The notes beneath the pieces were generated by a model, which was given only the letters and a program-made list of their open reading frames with translations, did no database searches and was not told the DNA's origin. Position numbers and translations under genes: made by a program. Below are positions 17,735 through 26,252 of a stretch of DNA of 40,596 nt, piece by piece. How positions within the stretch are numbered: the first letter of the stretch is position 1; each line of letters begins with the position of its first letter. Origin of the DNA: Candidatus Eiseniibacteriota bacterium. Lineage in GTDB: Bacteria; Eisenbacteria; RBG-16-71-46; SZUA-252. Where the stretch lies: positions 1 to 40,596 of the forward strand of contig JAYUAE010000201.1 of assembly GCA_043741515.1 (NCBI GenBank), in the 5' to 3' direction.

Positions 17735-19291
17735 GTGAATCTCCCGCTCATCGGCACGGTGCACGTCACGCCTATCCCCGCAGCCGCGCCGGCCGCCACC
17801 CTTCTCGCTGCCGACGACCCCGACGAGGTGAAGCCGATCGTCGATATCCTGACCCAGACCCGGAAGTCGCTGACGCTGCGCTCGCTCTTCATGACCGGCT
17901 TTCCCCACGACCCCGAATTCTTCGCTGCCGGCATGGCGCTGGCGCGGCAGTGGAGCCGCCAGGGGCTCAAGGTGGCGGTGGTGGATCTGGACTACCGGAA
18001 TCCCACACTCGCGCGCCCGCGGCCCAGCCCCGACGAGGGGTTCGTGGACGCCCTCGAGTACGGGTGCTCCTTCCAGCGCGTCGCGTGGGAGTTGATCGCG
18101 AACTCGCTCTGGCTGGTCGGATCGGGGAGCCACCCGCCCGACGAGGAGCGCTTTGCCGCTCATCCGGACTGGACGCGCGTGATGCGGATCTTCTCGGCCC
18201 GGGTGGATGTGACGATCTATCTGGCCCCCTTCCTGGACCGGAAAGGGTTCACGGGGGCGCTCTCGAAGCGGATGGACGGGGTGCTCCTGGCCGCGTCGGT
18301 TCGCCGCACCAGCCGCGCCGCGCTGCGGGACGCGTTTCTGGAATTGTGGGGCTCCGACGCTCCCATGATCGGGTGCATCGGGATCGACGTGCCGTACGAT
18401 CCGGTCCCTCGCTGGGAAGTTCAGCTCACGGCCGAGCCCACACGGTCCGCGGCCCAACCAGCGGCGCCTGCCGCCCCCGGGGCGGCGCCGGTCCCGCCGA
18501 GAGCATCGGAATGGACGTTCCCATCGCCGGATTCTCCGCCCGCGAGGCCTTCCTCCGCGCCCGAACGCAGGGATGCGGCGCGCGCCCCCGGCAGGGCGCC
18601 CGCGCCCCATCTCTCTCCGTCGCGCGTTTCCGGCCGGGACCCCGGCGACCCGTCTCAGCGGGCGCTCGTCGCGCGGCTCTCCGATGAGGTGCGTCGCGGC
18701 CAAGCGCCGCGCGCGACCCGCCCCCGCGGGCGCGGGCTCCTGCTGGCTGCGCTCGCTCTGGTGCTGGCCGGGGCCGGGGCGCTCGTGACCTACCGGGCCA
18801 TGCATCGCGAGGGCGCGCACGCGGCAGCGCCTGCCGAAACTCTTCCGGCCGGCACCGAGCGCGTTCTACCCGCCGACATCGGGGTGAGCGCCGGTCTCGC
18901 GGGCGCTGGATCGGTTCCACCGGACCAAGGAGCCGCTCCGCAGGGAGTCGCGGCGCAGGTGGCACCTCCCGCGTCCGCTCAGGCTCCGGCGCCCGCGCCT
19001 GCGCCGCCCGCGCCCGCGCCCGCAAAACGGGCGGTGGAGAGCCCGAAGAGGCTTGCATACGAGGTGCACGTCGCATCCTTCAACGAGGACAGCAAGGCGC
19101 GGGATCTGGTGAAGCGCCTCCACGCGCGCGGACTCGATGCCTGGTACGCCAAGGCGACCGATCAGCGCAACTGGTATCGCGTTTTCGTGGGACACTACGC
19201 CACGCACGAGGAAGCCGCCCGCCGGGCCGCGTCGATGCTCGACAAGGGCCAGGTGGAACACGCCATTGCCTTTCCAGACCATGCGAGGTAG
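17735..19291 (+). CDS. Bitopic membrane protein: degenerate BY-kinase/MinD-like P-loop domain, Pro-rich linker, one TM helix, Ala/Pro linker, C-terminal SPOR domain
   Basis: The N-terminal region aligns motif by motif with CpsD/Wzc-type kinases but has lost Walker A and B. TM helix GLLLAALALVLAGAGALVTY. SPOR domain YEVHVASFNEDSKARDLVKRLHARGLDAWYAKATDQRNWYRVFVGHYATHEEA. The start is uncertain: in-frame candidates are CTG 17672, GTG 17735 and GTG 17759. The first ATG (17891) would cut into the conserved fold. Confidence 0.7.
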   Translation: MNLPLIGTVHVTPIPAAAPAATLLAADDPDEVKPIVDILTQTRKSLTLRSLFMTGFPHDPEFFAAGMALARQWSRQGLKVAVVDLDYRNPTLARPRPSPDEGFVDALEYGCSFQRVAWELIANSLWLVGSGSHPPDEERFAAHPDWTRVMRIFSARVDVTIYLAPFLDRKGFTGALSKRMDGVLLAASVRRTSRAALRDAFLELWGSDAPMIGCIGIDVPYDPVPRWEVQLTAEPTRSAAQPAAPAAPGAAPVPPRASEWTFPSPDSPPARPSSAPERRDAARAPGRAPAPHLSPSRVSGRDPGDPSQRALVARLSDEVRRGQAPRATRPRGRGLLLAALALVLAGAGALVTYRAMHREGAHAAAPAETLPAGTERVLPADIGVSAGLAGAGSVPPDQGAAPQGVAAQVAPPASAQAPAPAPAPPAPAPAKRAVESPKRLAYEVHVASFNEDSKARDLVKRLHARGLDAWYAKATDQRNWYRVFVGHYATHEEAARRAASMLDKGQVEHAIAFPDHAR

Positions 19292-19294
19292 CCC

Positions 19295-22200
19295 GTGTTC
19301 CTGAAACGGCTCGATATCCAGGGGTTCAAGTCCTTCCCGCAGCGCATCCGGGTCGATTTCGGTCCGGGGATCACCTCGGTCGTGGGCCCGAACGGCAGCG
19401 GCAAGACCAACATCGTCGAGGCGATCCGCTGGGTGCTGGGCGAGCAGAACATGAGAACCCTCCGCGGCGAGACGCTGGACGATGTGATCTTCACGGGCTC
19501 CGCCCATCGGAAGCCGCTGGGCATGGCGGAAGTCTCGCTGACGATGTTCAACAATCGCGGCGTGCTCCCGGTCGAGTACACCGAGATCTCGGTCGGGCGC
19601 CGCACCTTCCGGAACGGACAGGGTGAGTACTTCATCAACAAGAAGCCCTGCCGTCTTCGGGACGTGCGGGATCTCTTCCTGGACACCGGGATGGGATCGC
19701 ACGCCTATTCGCTCATCGAGCGAGGAATGGTGGACAACGTGCTGTCCGACGAGAGCGGACACCGGCGGTTTCTCTTCGAGGAGGCCGCCGGGATCATGCG
19801 CTACAAGACGCGCAAGAAGGAGGCGCTGCAGAAGCTCGATCTCACCGTCACCGACCTCACGCGCGTGAACGACATCGTGCTCGAGATCGAGCGGGAGGTT
19901 CGCTCCCTCGCGCGGCAGGTCGGAAAGGCGCGCCGCTTCAGCCGGCTTCGCGAGGAGATCAAGGGGCTCGACCTCGGACTGGCGAAGGAGCAGTACGACC
20001 GTCTCGCGGGCACCGGCGGCGCGCTCCACGAGGAGCACGCCCGCGCGGAGGAGCGCCGGACCGTCCTCACCTCGGTCCTTGCGCGCCACGAGGCGGAGCT
20101 GGAGCAGCTCAAGCTCGATCTCCTGAAGCGCGAGGGGGAAGTGCGGGACGCGCAGGCGGAGCTGAACGAGCGCGAGGCGCGCGGGGCGGCGCTTCTGAAC
20201 GAGGTGGCGGTGCTCCGGGAGCGGCTCGCCGGCCTCGCCGAGAAGCTCGAGCACGCCCGCTCCGAGGGCGTGCGGCTCGCCGGCAGTCTCGAGGAGCTTC
20301 GGCGCGCGAAGGGGAGGCTGGAGGAGGAGCGGACCCGGCTGGGCCTCGCCCAGGCGGAGAAGACGCGCGAGCTGGAGGCGATGGAGGCCTCCCTTTCCAC
20401 GTTCCTGCCCCGTCTTGAGGAGCTCCGGGGAGCGCTCCATTCCAGAAAGCAGCTCTCGCTCGACCTCTTCCAGACACGCGTGAAGCAGCAGAGCGCGGCC
20501 GAGACGTGGGCCGCGAAGGAAATCGAGCTGACGCGCAGGAAGCAGCAACTGGAGGGGGATCTGGCCGCGATCGATCAGGAGGAGCGCGCGCTCTCCGAGT
20601 CGCTGGAGGCGATCGTTCGCGCGTCCGAGGCCGCGGCCAAGGAGGTCGGGCGCGCCCGCGCGCGCGTGGAGAGCGAAACGCGCTCGATCGCAAAGATCGA
20701 AGAGCAGATCCGCGTGCACGACGAGGCCGAGAAGTGCGTGCGCGAGGAATACGCGGCGCTGGAGTCCCGCCGGGCCACGCTGCGCGAATTGAAAGACCGG
20801 TATGAGGGGTACGACGAGAGCGTGCGTTCCCTCGTGGCGGGCCCGACCCGGCCCGCGCGGATCCTCGGGACGGTGGGGGACGTGCTGCACGCCTCGGGGG
20901 ACTGGCTGGCCGCCCTCGAAGCCTCGCTCGGCGAGGCGGTGCAGTTCATCGTGGCGGAGCGCACCGACGCCGCGCTCAAGGCGCTCGCGATGCTGGAATC
21001 CGCAGGCGGAGGCCGCGCCACCTTCATCGCGCTGGACCGGCTCTCGTGGGCTCGCGCGGCGGAAGTGCCCGAGAAGATCTTGAACGCTCCGGGCGTCCAT
21101 GGGCTCCTGCTCGAGCACGTTCGGTTCGAGCCCGGCTTCATCGCCCTCGCTTCGTTCTTGCTGTCGGGAGTCGTGGTGGTGGATTCGATCGCCGTGGGGC
21201 TCAAGCTCCTGGACGAGAACCGCGAGCTGAGGCTCCATTTCGTGACCCGCCACGGGGAGCACGTGCGCGGCCCGGGCATCTTCCAGGGCGGAGGCGGACC
21301 CACGCGCGCGGGATCGGTCCTGCGCCGCGAGGAGGAGCTGGAGCGGCTGGAACACGAGATCGAGCGCTCCTCGGCCGAGCTACAGAAGGCGCTCGCGCTC
21401 ACCGGAACGCTTCGCGGAGGGCGGGTGGACGCGCAGGCAGCGCTCGAAGAGGCAAACCGCGAGCTCCGGGAAACCGAGGAAGCGCAGCGGACGGAGGAGG
21501 CCCGGCGCGCGGAGCTCCAGATCCGGAAGGAGTCCGGGTCGCGCACACGCGCGGCGCTCCAGACGGCGCTCGCGGCCGTGGAGTCGGAGCTGAAGGTGGC
21601 GCTCGTCGAGGCGGAGATCGCGGGGCAGGCGCTCCAGTCCACCGACGAGGAGCACGGGCGCCTGGAGGGCGATCTCGCGCGCGAGGAGGAAGAGGTCTCG
21701 AACATGGAGCGGGAGCGCGACCGCCTGGTGGCGCTCCATGCCGAGCTCCGCATCGATTCCACCCGCGCCAAGACCGCCTTCGAGGCGGGGCTCGGGGAGA
21801 TCGAGCGGGTCGGAGCGAGCGCGCAGGAAGCGGAGCGCGAGATCGCCGCGCGCGCCGAGGAGGCGGGCGAGACGGACCGGCGGATCCACGAGACGCACGA
21901 GGAAGCGGCGCGGAAGGAGCAGGAGCTGGAGGCCGAGATCGCCCTCAAAGCGGAGAAGGAGCGCGCGGTTCAGGCCTCGCGCGAGCGCTTCGGGAGCGTG
22001 AAGGGAGCCGCGGACGATCTCGAGAGCAAGGCGCGCGAGCTTCGCCGCGAGCACCACGAGATCACCGAGCGCCTCCACCGGGCAGAGCTCGAGCGCGCCG
22101 AATCGGAATCGGAGATGCGCGTCCTTCTCGAGCGGGTCCGGAACGAATACGAGGTGGACCTCAAGAGCTGGATCCCGCAGGCGTTCTCGGCGGCGGATGC

Positions 22201-23017
22201 GGCGGGAGCGCTCGCCGAGATCGAGGACGCGGAGTTCGAGGGGGACGAGGCACCGGTGCCGGACGAGGCCATCGTCACCCGCGCGGAAGCAGGAATGGCC
22301 GGGGACGGACCCCCGGCATCGCGCGAAGAGCGGCGGGAGCGGCTCCGCCTCCTGCAAGAGAAGCTTCGCTCGCTGGGACCCGTGAACCTCCTCGCGATGC
22401 AGGACTACGAGGAGCGGCGGCAGAGGCTCTCCTTCCTCTCCGGTCAGCGCAAGGATCTCGACGAGGCGCGTCTCTCGCTGCTCGAAGCGATCGAGAAGAT
22501 CAACCTGACCGCGGCCGAGCTGTTCCAGAAGACGTTCGTGCAGGTGAACGAGAATTTTCAGAAGGTCTTCAAGACGCTGTTCGAGGGCGGGGAGGCGGCG
22601 CTCACGCTCAGCGGCGAAGACCCGCTCGAGGCCGAGATCGACATCCTCGCGCGCCCGCGCGGGAAGAAGCCACAATCCCTCTCCCTCCTCTCCGGGGGCG
22701 AGAAGGCGCTGACCGCGATCGCGCTCCTCTTCGCGATCTACCTGGTCAAGCCGAGCCCCTTCTGTATCCTGGATGAGGTGGACGCTCCGCTCGACGATGC
22801 CAACATCGACCGCTTCGTCCTGCTGCTCCGGGAGTTCAGCCGGAACACCCAGTTCATCGTCGTGACGCACAACAAGAAGACGATGGAGGTGGCGGATTGC
22901 CTGTACGGGGTCACCATGGAAGAGCCGGGCGTTTCGAAGCTGGTCTCCGTCCGCTGGAACTCCGAGCCGCCCCAGGAGTCCGAGCCCGAGACGTCGCAGG
23001 AGCTGGCGCAGGCCTAG
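19295..23017 (+). CDS. smc: Chromosome partition protein Smc
   Basis: MFLKRLDIQGFKSF...VVGPNGSGKTNIVEAIRWVLGEQ head, long coiled coils, a hinge, and a C-terminal LSGGEKALTAIALLFAI...ILDEVDAPLDDAN. Confidence 0.95.
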   Translation: MFLKRLDIQGFKSFPQRIRVDFGPGITSVVGPNGSGKTNIVEAIRWVLGEQNMRTLRGETLDDVIFTGSAHRKPLGMAEVSLTMFNNRGVLPVEYTEISVGRRTFRNGQGEYFINKKPCRLRDVRDLFLDTGMGSHAYSLIERGMVDNVLSDESGHRRFLFEEAAGIMRYKTRKKEALQKLDLTVTDLTRVNDIVLEIEREVRSLARQVGKARRFSRLREEIKGLDLGLAKEQYDRLAGTGGALHEEHARAEERRTVLTSVLARHEAELEQLKLDLLKREGEVRDAQAELNEREARGAALLNEVAVLRERLAGLAEKLEHARSEGVRLAGSLEELRRAKGRLEEERTRLGLAQAEKTRELEAMEASLSTFLPRLEELRGALHSRKQLSLDLFQTRVKQQSAAETWAAKEIELTRRKQQLEGDLAAIDQEERALSESLEAIVRASEAAAKEVGRARARVESETRSIAKIEEQIRVHDEAEKCVREEYAALESRRATLRELKDRYEGYDESVRSLVAGPTRPARILGTVGDVLHASGDWLAALEASLGEAVQFIVAERTDAALKALAMLESAGGGRATFIALDRLSWARAAEVPEKILNAPGVHGLLLEHVRFEPGFIALASFLLSGVVVVDSIAVGLKLLDENRELRLHFVTRHGEHVRGPGIFQGGGGPTRAGSVLRREEELERLEHEIERSSAELQKALALTGTLRGGRVDAQAALEEANRELRETEEAQRTEEARRAELQIRKESGSRTRAALQTALAAVESELKVALVEAEIAGQALQSTDEEHGRLEGDLAREEEEVSNMERERDRLVALHAELRIDSTRAKTAFEAGLGEIERVGASAQEAEREIAARAEEAGETDRRIHETHEEAARKEQELEAEIALKAEKERAVQASRERFGSVKGAADDLESKARELRREHHEITERLHRAELERAESESEMRVLLERVRNEYEVDLKSWIPQAFSAADAAGALAEIEDAEFEGDEAPVPDEAIVTRAEAGMAGDGPPASREERRERLRLLQEKLRSLGPVNLLAMQDYEERRQRLSFLSGQRKDLDEARLSLLEAIEKINLTAAELFQKTFVQVNENFQKVFKTLFEGGEAALTLSGEDPLEAEIDILARPRGKKPQSLSLLSGGEKALTAIALLFAIYLVKPSPFCILDEVDAPLDDANIDRFVLLLREFSRNTQFIVVTHNKKTMEVADCLYGVTMEEPGVSKLVSVRWNSEPPQESEPETSQELAQA

Positions 23018-23026
23018 AAACGGGCC

Positions 23027-23953
23027 GTGGCTTTTCTCGACAAGATCACCCAGGGGCTCAAGAAGACCCGCGACACCCTGTTCGGCCAGGTCGCCTCCGT
23101 CTTTCAGCACGGACGCGAGCTGAGCGAAGAGGATTACGAAACGCTGGAAGCGGCGCTGCTCCGCGCGGACGTGGGGCCCGGGACGACCGAGAAGATCCTC
23201 GATGGCGTGAGGGCGCGGCTCAAGGACGGCTCCTTCGCCGGCGACGCGCAGGAGGCGCTGCTCGAAGAAATCGAAGGCGTGCTCACGGGAGAGACCTCGC
23301 TTCCCCCTGATCGCAAGCCCGGTTCGCTCTCGGGCAACTCCCCGTACGTCATCCTCGTCGTCGGCGTGAACGGATCGGGGAAGACCACGACCATCGCCAA
23401 GCTCGCGGACCGCTACAAGCGCGCGGGCGAATCGGTCCTCCTGGTCGCGTGCGACACCTTCCGGGCGGCGGCGGCGGACCAGCTCGAGATCTGGGCCGGG
23501 CGGGCCGGGGTCGAGATCGTGAAGCAGAAGCCGGGATCGGACCCCGCCGCGGTCGCCTTCGACGGCATGGCCCGCGCGAAGAGCCGGAGCGCGAGCCGCG
23601 TGCTCGTGGACACTGCGGGAAGGCTCCACGTGAAGGCGAATCTGATGGAGGAAGTGAAGAAGATACGGCGCGTGATCGAGCAGCAGATCCCCGGCGCGCC
23701 CCAGGAGGTGCTGCTCGTCCTGGACGCGACCACGGGCCAGAACGGGCTGAGCCAGGCCAGGGAGTTCGGCTCCGCGCTGGGCGTGACCGGGCTCGTCCTC
23801 ACGAAGCTCGACGGGAGCGCGAAGGGCGGAGTGGCGCTCGCCATCGCCGACACGCTTCGTCTCCCGATCCGCTGGATCGGGGTGGGCGAAGGAATGGAGG
23901 ACCTCATTCCTTTCGAGGCCGGAGGCTTCGCGCGCGCGCTGGTTCGGACCTAG
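23027..23953 (+). CDS. ftsY: Signal recognition particle receptor FtsY (short form, NG domain only)
   Basis: ILVVGVNGSGKTTTIAKLA, LVACDTFRAAAADQL, VDTAGRLH and LTKLDGSAKGG. Confidence 0.92.
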   Translation: MAFLDKITQGLKKTRDTLFGQVASVFQHGRELSEEDYETLEAALLRADVGPGTTEKILDGVRARLKDGSFAGDAQEALLEEIEGVLTGETSLPPDRKPGSLSGNSPYVILVVGVNGSGKTTTIAKLADRYKRAGESVLLVACDTFRAAAADQLEIWAGRAGVEIVKQKPGSDPAAVAFDGMARAKSRSASRVLVDTAGRLHVKANLMEEVKKIRRVIEQQIPGAPQEVLLVLDATTGQNGLSQAREFGSALGVTGLVLTKLDGSAKGGVALAIADTLRLPIRWIGVGEGMEDLIPFEAGGFARALVRT

Positions 23954-23992
23954 CCCCCCGCCCGCCGGACTTCGACCGGCCCGGACGTGGAA

Positions 23993-25453
23993 TCAGCCGC
24001 CGTCTCCCAGGATCACCTGGTTCTTCCCCGACGATTTCGCGTTGCGGAGGTTCATGTTCGCCCGGGTCCAGAGCTCGTGCGAGATCTTCTCGCGCCCCTC
24101 GGCGTCGAGCCCGCGAGTGCGGTCCACCCGTAGCGAGACGTCGGCGGGGAACATCGCCCCCCCGAGGCTCATCGTGACGCGCACCGCGCTCTCGTGCCCC
24201 TCGAGCGTGGGGACCACGATGGCGAGGTTCTGGATCTTGAGACGCAACCGCTCGCAGATGTCGCGCGCGTCGCCGGGCGTGGTCTCGGCGCTCAGGATGA
24301 GGGCGAACTCCTCGCCCCCCCAGCGGGCAACCGTGTCGAAGGGCCGCACGCTGGAGGCCAGCGCCTGGGAGATCTCGCGGAGCACCGCGTTTCCGGCCTC
24401 GTAACCGTAGAGATCGTTCAGCTGCTTGAAATCGTCGAGATCGCCGATGATGAGCGACATCGGCCGCCCCTCGCGGTAGGCGCGCGCGATCTCGCGGTCC
24501 AGCTGCCGCCCGAAGTAGGGGCGATTGTAGACCCCCGTCAGCTCGTCGATCATGACGAGCATGCCCAGCTTCTTCAGCGTCACGAGGAGATCGGTCGCGT
24601 GCTCGGCGACCACGCTCAACAGGCCGAGGCGCTCGTCGGTGAAGAAGTTGGGCGTCTTGCTCCGCGCCTCGAGGACGTAGAGGAAGGGCGTCCCGGGCTC
24701 TCCGACCCGCGCCATGGCCAGCGAACGGAAGCTCTCGGGCGACCCCTTGGGCTCATAGGGCGCGACCGCGACGTGCATCGTGGCGTCCATGGACTCCGCG
24801 TCGATCATGATGCGCACGTGTCCCGGCTTCGACAGGTCCTCGATGTAGACCGGGACCGCCTTCCGCCCGACCCAGTTCTCGGCGAGCGCGCGGTTCCAGG
24901 GCTCCCCCTCGCTCACCGGCTGGGCGTAGCGCATGTCGCCGCCGCGCGCCAGCGCGTAGAGGCGCGTGTCGTCGCATTCGAGGATCTGCATCGCGCTGCT
25001 CAGGATCGTTCGCAGGATGTCGGCCGGATCGGTCTGGAGATACTCGGCGTTGCGCTCGTCCCGCGCGAAGAGCTTTCGCTCCACGGCGATCAGCTGCGAA
25101 ATGGCGCGGTAGAGAAGGCGGCTCTGGACGTGCCAGTGGGGCTTCGCCGCCCGGACCAGGGCGTCTTCCGCAGGAGACTTGCCCGGGGCGGCCGGAACGA
25201 GAAAGGTCTGGCCGGAGCCCCGCTCGCGGTAACGGATGTAGGCAAAGCCGTCGCGCTGGAAGCGGTCGACGCGCTCCAGGAGCCCCGCCCCCTCGAGCCG
25301 TTCCGCGATCTCGTACGTGACCTCGTCCCGGCTGCCCTTGTCGAGGTCCGCGAGGGCCAGCTCGATGGGTTGATTCGGAGCGCCGGCGTTCGGTTCCTGG
25401 GACAGGAGGAGGGAGGAGAGAAATGCCGTACGGATGCGATGGGATTCGTTCAT
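23993..25453 (-). CDS. Diguanylate cyclase (GGDEF) with an N-terminal winged-helix-like region and a GAF-like sensor region
   Basis: LTGVYNRPYFGRQLDREI, IIGDLDDFKQLNDLYGYEAGN and RPFDTVARWGGEEFALIL: an intact GGEEF active site and an RxxD I-site at canonical spacing. ATG at 25453 is preferred because the upstream ATG (25507) lies inside the predicted -10 element. Confidence 0.85.
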   Translation of the reverse strand: MNESHRIRTAFLSSLLLSQEPNAGAPNQPIELALADLDKGSRDEVTYEIAERLEGAGLLERVDRFQRDGFAYIRYRERGSGQTFLVPAAPGKSPAEDALVRAAKPHWHVQSRLLYRAISQLIAVERKLFARDERNAEYLQTDPADILRTILSSAMQILECDDTRLYALARGGDMRYAQPVSEGEPWNRALAENWVGRKAVPVYIEDLSKPGHVRIMIDAESMDATMHVAVAPYEPKGSPESFRSLAMARVGEPGTPFLYVLEARSKTPNFFTDERLGLLSVVAEHATDLLVTLKKLGMLVMIDELTGVYNRPYFGRQLDREIARAYREGRPMSLIIGDLDDFKQLNDLYGYEAGNAVLREISQALASSVRPFDTVARWGGEEFALILSAETTPGDARDICERLRLKIQNLAIVVPTLEGHESAVRVTMSLGGAMFPADVSLRVDRTRGLDAEGREKISHELWTRANMNLRNAKSSGKNQVILGDGG

Positions 25454-25506
25454 TCCCTGCGGTCTCGGGTGCGCGCTCGATGATGAATGGGAACGGATTC
25501 TGTGCA

Positions 25507-25515
25507 ATTATAACA
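25507..25515 (-). promoter_or_regulatory. Extended -10 promoter element (TGTTATAAT) for the GGDEF gene
   Basis: The reverse complement of 25507-25515 reads TG-T-TATAAT. It lies about 50 nt upstream of the ATG at 25453, and no good -35 is needed with an extended -10. Confidence 0.45.
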
Positions 25516-25584
25516 CGCGGAGGCCCTCTCCGGCTCAGGGAGCGCGCTCGAGGCGGGAGAGGCCATCCCAAGGCCGTTTTCCCC

Positions 25585-25613
25585 TTGATTTTGCCCCTGG
25601 ATTGTGCTAGTTT
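25585..25613 (+). promoter_or_regulatory. Sigma70-like promoter candidate facing the small ORFs and regulator
   Basis: TTGATT (25585-25590), a 17-nt spacer ending in TGc, then TAGTTT (25608-25613). The -10 hexamer is weak. Confidence 0.3.
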
Positions 25614-25654
25614 ATCCGAGGTAGCCGGTACGCCTACCCAAAGGAAGGGTGCGC

Positions 25655-25870
25655 ATGGCTCCATTTCAAACCCATCGAAGGATGGCGACCATCGAACCGT
25701 CCTTGGAATTCCCCCCGCTAGATTCCCCAATCGTTCATTCCGTCCGAGAAGAGCGCGACGTCGCGTCGCCCGCTCAGGAGCGTTCATTATGGGTCGATCA
25801 CGTGGCGCCGGGATTTCCCCTCCCCGGCAAGGACATGCACGTGCCGGATACGCGGAGGCTGGGCCGATGA
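25655..25870 (+). CDS. Hypothetical small protein (71 aa), no recognisable domain
   Basis: AAGGAAGGG lies 5 nt before the ATG. The stop overlaps the next ORF's start (cgATGAtg). Wobble GC is lower than in neighbouring genes, so coding status is doubtful. Confidence 0.2.
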   Translation: MAPFQTHRRMATIEPSLEFPPLDSPIVHSVREERDVASPAQERSLWVDHVAPGFPLPGKDMHVPDTRRLGR

Positions 25871-26199
25871 TGACGGGACGAGCTCGCATCGTTCAGTTCG
25901 GCTTCATCCTTTGTTTGCTCGTGGTCCTCGTTTCCGGGACCTCGATCGAGCCGCAACAGGCGATCGCAAAACCCGTCAGCACCGGCGGCCCCGATGGCAA
26001 TCCCTACGGGACCGGCGATCCGACGGGGGACGACGTTCCCAGCCCGACTCCCAAGCCGACCGCGATGCAGACGCTCAGCGCCTCGGCGCCGACGGCGAGG
26101 ACGAGCGCCACGAGAACGAACGCCATCCGCGGGAGCCATTTCGTCTCCATTCCCTGGAATCTGTATCTCAGCATCCTGATCCGCCTCGACCTTCGTTGA
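25867..26199 (+). CDS. Hypothetical small secreted or membrane protein (110 aa)
   Basis: GGAGG lies 8 nt before ATGATG. N-terminal signal/TM segment RARIVQFGFILCLLVVLVSGTS, then a Pro/Thr/Gly-rich region. An antisense ORF shares the same wobble phase, so GC3 cannot settle which strand codes. Confidence 0.35.
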   Translation: MMTGRARIVQFGFILCLLVVLVSGTSIEPQQAIAKPVSTGGPDGNPYGTGDPTGDDVPSPTPKPTAMQTLSASAPTARTSATRTNAIRGSHFVSIPWNLYLSILIRLDLR

Positions 26200-26225
26200 G
26201 GGGTCGAAAGGGAGAACGCCAAACC

Positions 26226-26252
26226 GGGAGCGAGGTGCAGCGCCTCGCTCCC
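26226..26252 (+). other. Perfect 10-bp GC-rich stem-loop immediately upstream of the regulator's start codon
   Basis: GGGAGCGAGG (26226-26235), loop TGCAGCG, CCTCGCTCCC (26243-26252). Only TT follows, so it is not a canonical terminator. Confidence 0.5.

Noticed and set aside
18940-19030. Repetitive GC-rich DNA (GCGCCCGCGCC-type) that looks like a short tandem repeat
   Set aside because: It is in frame and encodes the APAPAPAPPAPAPA linker between the TM helix and the SPOR domain. It is a low-complexity coding region, not a CRISPR or intergenic repeat.
18866-23629. Very long - strand ORFs (829 aa at 18866-21355 and 749 aa at 21380-23629) antisense to smc and ftsY
   Set aside because: Their translations are Arg/Pro/Gly/Glu-rich low-complexity sequence with no motifs. 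They lie exactly opposite a gene with unmistakable SMC motifs. They are typical stop-codon-poor shadow frames of a high-GC genome.
23954-23992. Possible bidirectional terminator between the convergent ftsY and GGDEF genes
   Set aside because: Only a weak 5-bp stem (GCCGG/CCGGC) with no flanking T or A runs. This is insufficient to call.
25508-25866. Possible c-di-GMP riboswitch, other ncRNA, or sigma54 promoter in the large spacer next to the GGDEF gene
   Set aside because: I could not align the sequence to the GEMM-I/II cores from memory. No TGGCAC-N5-TTGC element is present. Only short hairpins were seen. A cmsearch against Rfam would be needed to call anything.
26004-26222. 72-aa - strand ORF with a convincing TM helix, as an alternative to the + strand small ORF
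   Set aside because: Not fully excluded. However, its candidate starts lack usable Shine-Dalgarno spacing, and the + ORF has GGAGG at 8 nt and stop/start coupling. It is kept as a caveat in a finding rather than called as a feature.
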